Below, piece after piece: positions 1 through 9,683 of a stretch of 64,000 bases of DNA. The notes beneath the pieces are model-generated. The model saw only the letters and a program-made list of their open reading frames with translations, was not told the DNA's origin and searched no databases. Numbering within the stretch: the first letter of the stretch is position 1; every line of letters starts with the position of its first letter. The stretch is from positions 1-64,000 of the forward strand of contig CAZXWN010000005.1 of the NCBI GenBank assembly GCA_964644695.1, read 5' to 3'. The translations under genes were made by a program, and so were the position numbers. The stretch comes from an uncultured bacterium. GTDB lineage: Bacteria; UBP4; UBA4092.

Positions 1-36
1 ACGGAGTTGCTCCGAGCAGGTCCGTGGATGATTCGT
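1..36. repeat. Truncated copy of a dispersed ~50-bp palindromic (REP/MITE-like) repeat
   Basis: acgga-[15-nt loop]-tccgtggatgattcgt matches the right arm of the complete element at 28574-28624. Confidence 0.8.
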
Positions 37-54
37 CGGCAGAAAATGGATATA

Positions 55-93
55 AAAGAAAAACCGGAGAGATTCATTTGAACCTCTCCAGTT
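55..93 (-). terminator. Intrinsic terminator downstream of gspD
   Basis: Minus strand aactggagaggttca-aa-tgaatctctccggtt followed by a T-rich tail, just after the gspD stop. Confidence 0.65.
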
Positions 94-109
94 GATTTAT
101 GGTGATTGA

Positions 110-2443
110 TTATTTACCTTTCTTGCGTTGCTCTTTGATTTCTTCCAGTTTTTTCAGATCCGGTGCAGAGACATTATTTAAATCTTCCGGAGTCCGAATA
201 ACATGCGGAGTCAAGAACACCATCAGCTCCGTTTTTTCCTTGGTCTTACTGGAGGATTGGAAGAATTTACCCACCAGAGGAACATCACCCAGCAATGGCA
301 CTTTAGTAACCGTTTCCGTAAAGTCATCTTTCATCAAGCCGCCAATAATGACAGTTGCACCATCACGGACCATCACTTCAGTTTCAGCCTCCCGGTTAGC
401 AATAACGGGTGCCTCATAGTAAGTCACTTCTTCAATCTTGGAAATAACAGGATGAACATTCATGGAGACATATCCATCAGGATTGATTTTAGGAGTCACC
501 GTCAAAGTAATACCAACATCCTGATAGTTATAAGAATTATAAACAGAGCCTGTATCCGTCACCTGTCTGCTTGTCAGGAAAGGAATCTTCCGACCCACTT
601 TAACCGTGGCTGCGGAGTTATCACTCGTTAAGACTCTTGGAGTGGAAAGAATGTTCAATTTACTGTCTTTCTTCATGGCCTGAACCATAGCTCCGACATT
701 ATCATTTCCAATGGAGTACCTTAACCCACCGTTAAAGAGAGATTGAAGTGAGAAATTCGTCGATGCCATAGAGGTGATGGACTGCCCTAACCAATGTCCC
801 GTAGTCGTAAATAAGCTCCATTCAATTCCCAGTTCGCTGTCATCATTCAATGACCGCTCCGCCACCAGGACTTCAATCAACACCTGCGGCCGGGCATAAT
901 CCAAATCCTGTACCATTTTCTTGATTACTTCATAGTTTCTGGGGGAAGTTAAAAACAGTAATGAGTTAGTGTCTTTATCCGCCTGCACCTGAACCTGTCC
1001 AGCTAAAGTAGAGGTCTTAGCCTGAGCTGCTGTTTGGGTAACTCGAACCTGGTTATTAAAATTATTGGTCCGGGTCGTTCCAGATGTTCCGGAGGTCCCT
1101 GAGGTCGAAGATAACAGGTTGCGGATAATAGTGGCCAGTGCGGAAGCATCACCATGTTGTAAATGAATGACCAGTGTACCTTCCTGCTCAGTGGCATCTT
1201 TATCCAGCTGATCCACCAGCAATGATAATGTTTCCATATCAGCCGATGGGGCGGAAACAATCAGAGAATTCGTCCGTTCATCAACAGAGAACCTTACCTG
1301 TGTCCGAAGTCGTGACTGAACCAGATCTGTTGCTGAAATATCTGTATTTCCTGAATCCTGATTCTGCTGCTGCATTCTTCGGAAGAAAGCACCTGGACCG
1401 CCCCCCATATCAGAAGACTGGGTGGAGGTATTATCCTGTTTGAAAATCGTATTCAAGGTGGACATCAAAGTTGTCGCATCTGCGTTTCTTAAAGTAAAGA
1501 TGCGTATCTGTGTTGAACTCACCTGAGGTGTATCCAGAGCCTTTACGATTTCGGCAATTCTTCGGGCATTAGCGGCACTGTCGGTAATAATCAATGTGTT
1601 GCTCCGGGTATTAGCCGACATATCTGCCCGTTTACTGACCAGCGTTGTCAGGTCTTTTCGAGTCTGATACGCATCCAGATAGGTCAAGGGCAGAACCAGA
1701 GTAATATATTCATCGCTATTGGGAATATCTTCCGGTCTTACGGCTTTTTTGACTGGAACATTAACCGTCTTTGCGGCATCAATAGCGACAATTTTCAGTG
1801 TCTTTTCAGAACGAATTGCTGTATATCCTTTAATTGCCAAAGCAGAGTTCAATACTCCAAAAGCATCTTCCAGAGTCACGGTACCATCACTGATAATGGT
1901 GATATCACCACTGATGTCGGTATCTTTAATAATAGTCAGTCCACTGATTTGATTAAAAAACCGCAGGACCTGGTCAATACTGGCTTTATCAAAATACATT
2001 GAAAACCGTTTTTCATTGTTTGCTCTGTATTGACGGCCATATTCCCGGCTGTTACCGGTAACAACACTACCCGTAGTATTCTGTGATGGAGTTGTTGAAG
2101 TGTTAGGCCCCATATTCGCATTATCATTTACACCCGGCATCATGGAGGTGTTTAAGCCACTGGCATCATTCTCCGCAGACACCTCTATTGCAGGAACGGG
2201 CATTCCTATCGCCTCTGGGGGAGGCGGTGTATCCACATTCATAGCCGGTGGCTGTACTTGGTCACTAGAAACTTCCGGCTCAGCCGTTGTCGTGGCCGGT
2301 GCCTGAGGCTCCCCAGCCGCCGGACCAGCGGAAACGGTCACCTGCAACCCATTATCCGGAGGTGCTTCCTGCGTTTGTCCTTGATAGGGCATCATATTGA
2401 GTGCCACAATTATCACACATAAAAGAAAGGTTCTTAATTTCAC
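110..2443 (-). CDS. gspD: Type II secretion system secretin GspD
   Basis: Signal peptide, N0 and repeated N domains (D..TNSLIV), secretin core (RPQVLIEV, ILSTPRVLTSDN, KVPLLGDVPLVGKFF, ELMVFLTPHVI); last gene of the gsp cluster. Confidence 0.95.
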   Translation of the reverse strand: MKLRTFLLCVIIVALNMMPYQGQTQEAPPDNGLQVTVSAGPAAGEPQAPATTTAEPEVSSDQVQPPAMNVDTPPPPEAIGMPVPAIEVSAENDASGLNTSMMPGVNDNANMGPNTSTTPSQNTTGSVVTGNSREYGRQYRANNEKRFSMYFDKASIDQVLRFFNQISGLTIIKDTDISGDITIISDGTVTLEDAFGVLNSALAIKGYTAIRSEKTLKIVAIDAAKTVNVPVKKAVRPEDIPNSDEYITLVLPLTYLDAYQTRKDLTTLVSKRADMSANTRSNTLIITDSAANARRIAEIVKALDTPQVSSTQIRIFTLRNADATTLMSTLNTIFKQDNTSTQSSDMGGGPGAFFRRMQQQNQDSGNTDISATDLVQSRLRTQVRFSVDERTNSLIVSAPSADMETLSLLVDQLDKDATEQEGTLVIHLQHGDASALATIIRNLLSSTSGTSGTSGTTRTNNFNNQVRVTQTAAQAKTSTLAGQVQVQADKDTNSLLFLTSPRNYEVIKKMVQDLDYARPQVLIEVLVAERSLNDDSELGIEWSLFTTTGHWLGQSITSMASTNFSLQSLFNGGLRYSIGNDNVGAMVQAMKKDSKLNILSTPRVLTSDNSAATVKVGRKIPFLTSRQVTDTGSVYNSYNYQDVGITLTVTPKINPDGYVSMNVHPVISKIEEVTYYEAPVIANREAETEVMVRDGATVIIGGLMKDDFTETVTKVPLLGDVPLVGKFFQSSSKTKEKTELMVFLTPHVIRTPEDLNNVSAPDLKKLEEIKEQRKKGK

Positions 2444-3171
2444 TTTAATTCCTCCTCTTGTTGCTGCCGGCGGCGGCGTAACCGCTCTTCCAGTGATTCA
2501 TTTGCGCCTCCTGTACTGGGGACGCTTCCAGTGATTTGAGTCTGATTTTGTGTATTAGGTTGATTTTGAACTCGACGATTTCGCCGAGAGGATCTACTGA
2601 ATTGATTATCATTTGAAGTAAAGGAGATACCTCCGGAGGACACACTAACAGCAGGTTTCACTGCCACCGGAACGGAGGCACTGCTGATAGTTCCTGGAAG
2701 TTCCACTTCATCACCTACCCGCAAAACGCGTGTTTCACGAGTTGTATCTAAAACAACGGTCAACATTCCTTCGGCGATATTCAATATGCGATAAGCACCT
2801 AACTGTTTATCAACTTTCAGGAACTTCATATCTCCTGTTTCCCGATTCTCCACAGAAACCAGGGCTTCCCGGCCATTGAATCCCGTACCTGTAATAAGTA
2901 GTTTTTGCAAAACCGGAGGTGGCGGAGGCGTTGATTCTTCCTTGAATTCAATGGCTGCAAGTTGAGCCTGCCGCTGTTCCGGTGGAGAGAAAACATCTTT
3001 TTCCTTAATAAAGGCAATCAGGTCCCGAGTCGTGGCAGTTGATAAGGTTTTCGCTTTGGCAGCCGGTTTAGTGGCCTTCTTTACCGGGGCTGTATTTTTT
3101 GAACACCCTGCCGATAAAAGCAGTATTCCAATCAAACAACCGACATAGAGGTTTTGATTCATGTTATTCAA
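2440..3171 (-). CDS. T2SS-associated lipoprotein, GspC/PilP-like position
   Basis: Lipobox LSAGC, proline-rich linker then a small beta domain (LLITGTG..ALVSVEN), lies between gspM-like and gspD. Confidence 0.6.
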   Translation of the reverse strand: MNNMNQNLYVGCLIGILLLSAGCSKNTAPVKKATKPAAKAKTLSTATTRDLIAFIKEKDVFSPPEQRQAQLAAIEFKEESTPPPPPVLQKLLITGTGFNGREALVSVENRETGDMKFLKVDKQLGAYRILNIAEGMLTVVLDTTRETRVLRVGDEVELPGTISSASVPVAVKPAVSVSSGGISFTSNDNQFSRSSRRNRRVQNQPNTQNQTQITGSVPSTGGANESLEERLRRRRQQQEEELK

Positions 3172-3712
3172 CCTCCTGAACAGTCTTTGTCCGACGCGCG
3201 GCAGTGGGAGCTTCCGTTAACACCAATGTACTAAGCGTCACGGTGGCTATCATGACCGATTCTTCACGATTGCTCGCCAATCGGAGTTTATTGACACGCG
3301 TCATCTGCGCGGGTGCTTCAGCCTGCTGGATAAATTTCATCACGCTCTCCAGGCTTCCATTAAATTCCGCATCAAAAGTCATCTCACTGAAAGCCCCTTT
3401 ATTCAGGGAAGTGCCAGGACGAACGGCCGAAATTGCCACACCGGCATCAGTAGCCCACTTCTCGATGTTGGCGAGGATCCTGGCCGTGGATGCCGTTTGA
3501 TTTTCAATCGTGGACTGGGAATACTGAGCCAGCGACGGGTTGGATTTCAGTTTACGGACCTTCACCAGATTTGTTTCAAGGGTACTGATTTTCTTATTCA
3601 CCTGATGCCAGTTATCCAGCAGAGGAATACCCGCAAAATGATATAAGAGAATCAGAATCAATAGTGAAGCTCCGACAGCAATCGTTTTCTTTTCACGAGG
3701 CTTTAGTTTCAT
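3164..3712 (-). CDS. T2SS assembly platform protein GspM/PilO-like
   Basis: L.PREK N-terminus, one TM helix, coiled coil, ferredoxin-like C-terminal domain (FNGSLESVMKFI); operon position. Confidence 0.8.
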   Translation of the reverse strand: MKLKPREKKTIAVGASLLILILLYHFAGIPLLDNWHQVNKKISTLETNLVKVRKLKSNPSLAQYSQSTIENQTASTARILANIEKWATDAGVAISAVRPGTSLNKGAFSEMTFDAEFNGSLESVMKFIQQAEAPAQMTRVNKLRLASNREESVMIATVTLSTLVLTEAPTAARRTKTVQEVE

Positions 3713-5151
3713 GATTGGCCTCCTGTCTTCTTTGTTGTCGATGCAGGTTTTGTGGAACGGATCTTAAGAGATAGACCAAATTCCATCGGATAATCCGCAT
3801 TCTTCCGAGCGCCCCGAATATAAGTCAGTTTGGTTCCGGTAAATTTCCCAGAGTCATTAATCCGGGTCAGTAGTTCAGAGACAGCTTGGCTGGAGCGCGC
3901 CTGCCCCACAATCACGATGTCCCGCGTTCGGTCAAAAGTCATAATGTTCATATAGGCATCATCTCCCCAGATTTCCGATAAAGTTTCCATAATCGGCAAG
4001 ACACTTACCTGGTCTTTCTTGAATTGCTGAAAGCGTCCCATGTCACTCGAAACTTTTTCCAGATGTGTCACGATGCCCTTATATTTGGAATATTCGTTTT
4101 CCAGTTTTCGCAGCTTCATCTGCCGCTGCGCAAGGACACCCCACCCGATAGCCAGAGCAAAAATCAAGACAACAAATCCGGCAATCACTCGATGAATCAT
4201 TCGCGGTGAAGTGACAGGCGCTTCAGTAAAGAGGCGGGGATGAATGAAATCAATATAAAGCCCCGGAGTCGAAGGAAGTAATATACCCGCTGAGGCTAAC
4301 GCCATACGCCCATCAGGCATAGGTAGAGGGGGTTGTATCTGGACAATATCCACTCGATGTTGAAAAAATCGGTCTAATATCTGCAAATCTGTAATTGAAC
4401 CATTTTCAGCACACAACCGATAGGACCATTGATCCACACCCGCAGTGTTTGATGTAATCGCCATCAAACTACGCGTCGTTTCCACAGCAAGTTCGCGCAG
4501 TCTTTCATCAAGAGAAGCACCGCTTAATGTCACATTACGGCAGAACGCCAAGAGATTTCCTTTGCTGATAATAATATCAGCGGCACTTTCCTGTAACCGG
4601 ATATCAACACGATTGGCGGGCGTTTCGGGGAGCAATGAAAATGCTCTCCAGAGAGAAAGACTGTTTACTTCAATCGCATCAATCTTCAATCCGGCGGTTT
4701 TAGCAATCTGCTGGTAGGTTTCCAGCAACTCTTTCCGGAGAGAGAAAACAACAACCTGACGATCTCCGTCATGGGTCGTCCCCGTTATGATGTAATCCGA
4801 AACAACAGAGTCCAAGGGAAGAGTAAGAACTCGTTCTAACTGAAGTTCAATCATCTGCCGATTTTCTTCATCCGTCCCCTCAGTAACAGTCAACTCCGTC
4901 CAAAGCACATGCTGCCGGGGAACACTGAACCGAACAGGATGGCCGGATAATCCTTCCTGCCGTAATACCATCTTGAGCCATTCGCCTAAACCGACAGTAT
5001 TTTCCCAATTTACATTTTCGGGATACGGTATTTTTCTTACCGCTGTAAAAACAGGTGTTCCTCCCCGATTATCCGCTATTGATAATCGGAGACACTTGTC
5101 ATCCAGCTCTATACCTGTCAGGGATGCGTGTGAAGGTTTCAACATACTCAT
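3709..5151 (-). CDS. T2SS GspL-like protein (PilM-like cytoplasmic domain plus PilN-like periplasmic domain)
   Basis: Actin-like N-terminus (TGIELDD..LRL), single TM near residue 325, PilN-like C-terminus (IVGQARS..VSELL). Confidence 0.8.
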   Translation of the reverse strand: MSMLKPSHASLTGIELDDKCLRLSIADNRGGTPVFTAVRKIPYPENVNWENTVGLGEWLKMVLRQEGLSGHPVRFSVPRQHVLWTELTVTEGTDEENRQMIELQLERVLTLPLDSVVSDYIITGTTHDGDRQVVVFSLRKELLETYQQIAKTAGLKIDAIEVNSLSLWRAFSLLPETPANRVDIRLQESAADIIISKGNLLAFCRNVTLSGASLDERLRELAVETTRSLMAITSNTAGVDQWSYRLCAENGSITDLQILDRFFQHRVDIVQIQPPLPMPDGRMALASAGILLPSTPGLYIDFIHPRLFTEAPVTSPRMIHRVIAGFVVLIFALAIGWGVLAQRQMKLRKLENEYSKYKGIVTHLEKVSSDMGRFQQFKKDQVSVLPIMETLSEIWGDDAYMNIMTFDRTRDIVIVGQARSSQAVSELLTRINDSGKFTGTKLTYIRGARKNADYPMEFGLSLKIRSTKPASTTKKTGGQS

Positions 5152-5154
5152 AAT

Positions 5155-6441
5155 TTATAATCCTGCTCCCAGATATGATATATCCCGAAAATATAGATAT
5201 TGAATCGGGATGACGGACCTATCTACCACAGCCATCAATCGCACTTTTCCCTGTCTGCCAGACAATGCCCCAACAGACTGGATAGTAAACTGTGATGACC
5301 GCAGTGTAATTGAATCACTGGCTTTTTTCATACTTGCTTTTCCGATTGCGGATGCCACTTGCCCTAAATCTGTGAAAGGACCTTCGGCGCCGATCCGGCG
5401 TTCTATGATTTTGTCAGCAGCTGTTTCATCTATCCCGGGGATAGCTAACAATACCTCCCGGGGTGCCGTATTAACATTGACCAGTCCAATCAATTTTTCT
5501 CTTTGGGAAGTCGTAATATAATCGGCAATCGCACCAAATTTGGCATTGGTGATTCCATTCACATCCAACAAGTCCGCAATCGTCTGAAATTGTCGGTTAC
5601 GACGCGCACTTATAATGTTCGAAATATCCGAGTTGGTTAATCCATAATTACTGAGTTGCCGTAAATCATTTTGCCGAGCCTGATTGATATTGATACGCTT
5701 GGTTCCATCAAAGGCCTGGTTCCAGTCATAGGAATAAACAGTGATATAGGGATACATTCCCTTATCCAAAGTCCCGTCAGAATTATCCGGAGGGAAACTG
5801 CCATCCCCATCATTCTCATTCGGATCCAAAACACCATTGAGATTTGCGTCTTCTCCATATAACAGGGCCGGTGTCATTCCCTTTACCAGAAGGATTTCTT
5901 CAATCGTATCGAATGGCGCATTTTTACACAGGTATGGCGTTGACAGCTGTGAATAATACTCATCTTTGGCGCCCAATGCAGAGGCTTTAGCTGTCGCACT
6001 GCGCCAGTCAATAATGGAGTCAGCAATAATTTCATCCACACCCGGGAGTTTCATCAGGGTTTCTTTGGATGCTGAGTTTATATTGATTTTGGAATTTTCA
6101 TCCATTAAGCCATACTCCGTTTTATTCTCATCCGTCCGGTTTTCTATAAACAATGTATATGTACCCTCACCACATGCAACCTGGTTAAAATTCTCTTCAG
6201 GTAACCTTAGTTTTCCGGTCAGTGTCCCACGTTCAGTGGAATCACTGGCCAGCAAGGCGATGCTCCATTCAATCCCTGATTTCGCCAACTGCATATTTTT
6301 CATTCGGCTTATATCATTAGCCGCAATCCGATACTCCACTAACATCGTATGACCAAACCCAATAGCCATAGCGCTTAAGATAACAAGCAACCACAAAACG
6401 ACCAATAATATGACACCCCGGTTCGGAGTCATGGTCTTCAT
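5155..6441 (-). CDS. gspK: T2SS minor pseudopilin GspK
   Basis: RG|VILLVVLW prepilin site lacking E5, DENSKININ, IADSIIDWR, KNAPF..IEE; start taken at MKTM (ATGA overlap with gspJ). Confidence 0.9.
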   Translation of the reverse strand: MKTMTPNRGVILLVVLWLLVILSAMAIGFGHTMLVEYRIAANDISRMKNMQLAKSGIEWSIALLASDSTERGTLTGKLRLPEENFNQVACGEGTYTLFIENRTDENKTEYGLMDENSKININSASKETLMKLPGVDEIIADSIIDWRSATAKASALGAKDEYYSQLSTPYLCKNAPFDTIEEILLVKGMTPALLYGEDANLNGVLDPNENDGDGSFPPDNSDGTLDKGMYPYITVYSYDWNQAFDGTKRININQARQNDLRQLSNYGLTNSDISNIISARRNRQFQTIADLLDVNGITNAKFGAIADYITTSQREKLIGLVNVNTAPREVLLAIPGIDETAADKIIERRIGAEGPFTDLGQVASAIGKASMKKASDSITLRSSQFTIQSVGALSGRQGKVRLMAVVDRSVIPIQYLYFRDISYLGAGL

Positions 6442-7067
6442 CCTTTGGGCAACCTGAGTGCTGTCGTGTACCATGCAACGCCTTCATCACTATTGTCATC
6501 CGTGATACCGATGGTGATAGATATTTGTTTCGGTAAAGCAGCTGTATCCGTCCATTCCTCCAGCCATTCACTCCCGTCATAATATTGGAAGTGGAGACTG
6601 ACCACATCAGGAGATATCATCTGCCATGACACATTTTCCGATTCGGGATAAGTCACATACGGATTAACCACCCGTATCAATCCTGTTTTACCCGTATCAG
6701 GCATCGTATCCATGGCATATCGGACAATCATGGAATCTGAAGTAGGTCCGATATTCCAGTCAATCACCTGATTCATGGCAGTGAACTCCAACGTATCCTG
6801 ATACATACTGCCTTCAGAATATGTCGTTGCTGTAAAAGTCCAGTTTGGATACGAACTTGATAAACTCACTGTCATTAAATCACTTTCAATAAAATCCATG
6901 ACCAGCCGGGCTGTCTGATTCTTCCGTGATAGCAGATTCCCTTTACGATTAGACTTCACTCCGGCATTCAATGTTTCATAGATAGCTGTTGCCAATACCA
7001 GGGCAATAATCATGGCTGTTAACAACTCAATTAATGTGAAACCACGATTTCCTCTTAACCCGGTCAT
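6438..7067 (-). CDS. gspJ: T2SS minor pseudopilin GspJ-like
   Basis: G|FTLIELL methylation motif; C-terminal FQYYDG..W...W...LP.I typical of GspJ. Confidence 0.85.
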   Translation of the reverse strand: MTGLRGNRGFTLIELLTAMIIALVLATAIYETLNAGVKSNRKGNLLSRKNQTARLVMDFIESDLMTVSLSSSYPNWTFTATTYSEGSMYQDTLEFTAMNQVIDWNIGPTSDSMIVRYAMDTMPDTGKTGLIRVVNPYVTYPESENVSWQMISPDVVSLHFQYYDGSEWLEEWTDTAALPKQISITIGITDDNSDEGVAWYTTALRLPKG

Positions 7068-7468
7068 TCGCTGCTTCCCTCACTGCTGCCATCCGTCAAG
7101 GAAGTAATACCTCTTTCAGCAAATAACCGCGTCACCGTCAATGAGGTCTCACTGTTATTTCTCTTCCAGTAAACAGACAAATTCATCTGCACTAAATTCT
7201 CTAAATCTGTTGTTTCAACTTCAGCGACCCACCGGTAATCAGGATAATCATCGCCAAAATCACCTTCATCACTTTGCAGAGAAGTGAAAGGTAATGATTC
7301 AAATTCAGCTAATTTTTGTTCCAGTAAAAATCGGGCTACCGTGGACTGGTCTGAAGCACCCATCGCCTTTAATCCGGCAGAAAAAGCCTGAGCAATCAAC
7401 ACCAACCCCACAACCACTAAAGTCATGGCTATCAGGACCTCTACCAATGTAAATCCCCGATACTTCAT
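7064..7468 (-). CDS. gspI: T2SS minor pseudopilin GspI-like
   Basis: G|FTLVEVL, short length, G.F...Y.W motif, position between H and J. Confidence 0.8.
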   Translation of the reverse strand: MKYRGFTLVEVLIAMTLVVVGLVLIAQAFSAGLKAMGASDQSTVARFLLEQKLAEFESLPFTSLQSDEGDFGDDYPDYRWVAEVETTDLENLVQMNLSVYWKRNNSETSLTVTRLFAERGITSLTDGSSEGSSE

Positions 7469-7995
7469 GACTGTTCATCCGTTGTGGCCTGAGAAAGCAT
7501 TTCAACCCGGCCTGTAAGACCATCAACCTCTACCCAGTTTTCATCACCATTATCATTTTTAAAGATCAATGTCGCATTTACAGTGGAACCCCGGGGAGTA
7601 AAATCCATCGTCACTAAGCCCGATTCAACAGGCGGGTCTGTATTTATCTGAATTGAAGACAGGGTAACGGTGGAATCCAGGGAAACCTGATTTCCCCATT
7701 CACCGGGGGGAGATATAAACTGTCCTAAAGTATCTGAGGAATCAGAAATATAGGTCACCCAGAATTTCTGTTGATCCAAATCACTACTGATTCGATACGT
7801 TACCGTATCCAATACAGCACGAGATCGGGCATATCGAGCATAGGCTATCCAATCCTTTGCCGCAGATTCCACCTTTGTCCTACGGGCAAACCCACCAAAA
7901 GAAGGCATCACAGAAATGGCCATGATCAATACAATCACGACAACAACCATGGTCTCAACTAATGTAAAACCCTCATGGTTTTTGCCCAGGTTCAT
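7465..7995 (-). CDS. gspH: T2SS minor pseudopilin GspH/FimT-like
   Basis: G|FTLVE, YARSRAV, F.P.G motif, follows gspG. Confidence 0.8.
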   Translation of the reverse strand: MNLGKNHEGFTLVETMVVVVIVLIMAISVMPSFGGFARRTKVESAAKDWIAYARYARSRAVLDTVTYRISSDLDQQKFWVTYISDSSDTLGQFISPPGEWGNQVSLDSTVTLSSIQINTDPPVESGLVTMDFTPRGSTVNATLIFKNDNGDENWVEVDGLTGRVEMLSQATTDEQS

Positions 7996-7996
7996 A

Positions 7997-8428
7997 TTAC
8001 TTTGATTCTTCCTTTACCCAACTGGTGACATCATCATCAGTACCATCTTCACCATCGGGTCCAATGGAATACAAATCATATCCGGTTGTATTCTGGATAC
8101 CGGGGCATACATAAACATATTCATGGCCCCAGGGATCTTTTGCGATGTCATTTTTGAGATATGGGCCTTTCCAGTTTTTAGGGACTGGATCTGTAGTTGG
8201 TTCTACACGAAGAGCTGCCAAGCCCTGCTCTGTTGTTGGATAACTACCGTTATCCGCTTCATACATATCCAAGGCAGAACCAAACAAACTGCTGACCTGA
8301 GTCTTTGCAGAGGCTTTCCGGGCATCCTCAGTTCGTCCTACAAATCGGGGAAGAACCAACGCAGCCAAAACGCCAATGATAACAACCACTACCAGAATTT
8401 CTACGAGAGTAAAACCTTTATTTTTCAT
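7997..8428 (-). CDS. gspG: T2SS major pseudopilin GspG
   Basis: G|FTLVEILVVV, YPTTEQGL.AL, W.GPYL, DPWG, S.GPDG..GTDDD. Confidence 0.97.
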   Translation of the reverse strand: MKNKGFTLVEILVVVVIIGVLAALVLPRFVGRTEDARKASAKTQVSSLFGSALDMYEADNGSYPTTEQGLAALRVEPTTDPVPKNWKGPYLKNDIAKDPWGHEYVYVCPGIQNTTGYDLYSIGPDGEDGTDDDVTSWVKEESK

Positions 8429-8451
8429 ACCATTCTCCTTCTGTAAAAAAC

Positions 8452-9675
8452 TTATTTAATCATGCTATTTAATGAAAATACGGGTAATAACATGGAGACC
8501 ACAATAAAGCCAACAATCGCTGCCATAATTAAAATCATGCCCGGTTCAAGCAATGAAACAAAGACTCGAACAGCATAATCCACTTCAGAATCATAGGACT
8601 CGGCCACCTTAAACAGGACTTCCTCCAGATTGCCGGCCTCTTCACCCACAGAAATCATCTCAACTACACTAGGGGGAAAGACTTTGCTTAAACGAAGAGG
8701 TTCAGCCAATGATTGGCCTTCCCGAATACTTCCAGCGATCTCCATAATTTCTTTAGATATCACAGCATTACCTGCGGCACCCTGCACCACTTTTAATGCG
8801 GATAACAGGGGAATACCACTCTTGAGCAATGTTGCCAAAGTACGGCAAAATCGCGAGACAGCCATCCGAGTCACCAGACTTTTGATAACGGGGACCTTTA
8901 ACTGGATAGTATCGACTTGCATTCTTCCTGATGGAGTACGAACCCACCGGCGATACCCATATACAATTAATCCGATCAAAATCAGTAGTATTGGCCAGGC
9001 AATACGCAACCATGCACTTAACGATAAAAGTATTTGTGTGGGTAAGGGTAAATCCTGCCCCATGTCTTTGAAGATAGTGGCAAACCGGGGAATAAAAAAG
9101 GTGAGTAAAAAGATCACAGAACCTATCCCAACAATACAAAGAAGTAAGGGATATGCAAGCGCCGTTTTCACTTTACTGACTAAGGCTTGTTCTTTTTCGG
9201 CAAACTCAGCAATTCGCTGAAGGACTGTTTCCAAACTCCCGGAGACCTCTCCAGACCGGACCAAATTGATCTGCAATTCGCTGAAATACCGTTTATGTTC
9301 TGCCATTGCATCCGCAAGATTACTTCCGGATGTTACGGAGGATTTTATCTGACTGATGACATCATGCCATACAGGATTAGTCTGTTGATTAGCCAGGGTA
9401 GTCAGGGAACGTACCAGTGGAACACCCGCTGCCAAAAGGTCCCCCAGCTGCCTCATAAACCTTGCAATTTCGGATTTTTTTACACCATGTCCCCATAAAG
9501 AACTGAACTGCCGCGAAGACTTACTGTCGACATTTCCATTAACTGTTTTTAATTCTATGGGCATAAGCCCCATGCTGGACAAACGGTCCATCACAGCACT
9601 TCTGGAATCAGCAGATAGCACACCAGTCAAGATTTGTCCGGCTTTATTTTTTGCCTTATATTTAAAAGTCGCCAT
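8452..9675 (-). CDS. gspF: T2SS inner-membrane platform protein GspF
   Basis: Two T2SSF repeats (GE.SG.L, ALAYP; GEEAGNL, LEP). Confidence 0.95.
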   Translation of the reverse strand: MATFKYKAKNKAGQILTGVLSADSRSAVMDRLSSMGLMPIELKTVNGNVDSKSSRQFSSLWGHGVKKSEIARFMRQLGDLLAAGVPLVRSLTTLANQQTNPVWHDVISQIKSSVTSGSNLADAMAEHKRYFSELQINLVRSGEVSGSLETVLQRIAEFAEKEQALVSKVKTALAYPLLLCIVGIGSVIFLLTFFIPRFATIFKDMGQDLPLPTQILLSLSAWLRIAWPILLILIGLIVYGYRRWVRTPSGRMQVDTIQLKVPVIKSLVTRMAVSRFCRTLATLLKSGIPLLSALKVVQGAAGNAVISKEIMEIAGSIREGQSLAEPLRLSKVFPPSVVEMISVGEEAGNLEEVLFKVAESYDSEVDYAVRVFVSLLEPGMILIMAAIVGFIVVSMLLPVFSLNSMIK

Positions 9676-9683
9676 CAGCCATC

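Noticed and set aside
1070-1110. GTS/GTT repeats and the Pro/Thr-rich N-terminus of GspD
   Set aside because: Low-complexity loops common in secretins; the DNA is not a clean tandem repeat.
7997-8040. GspG C-terminus DDVTSWVKEESK as a fourth copy of the tail motif
   Set aside because: This is the standard GspG D(I/V)xxW ending; it lacks the N/D before W and the terminal Tyr.
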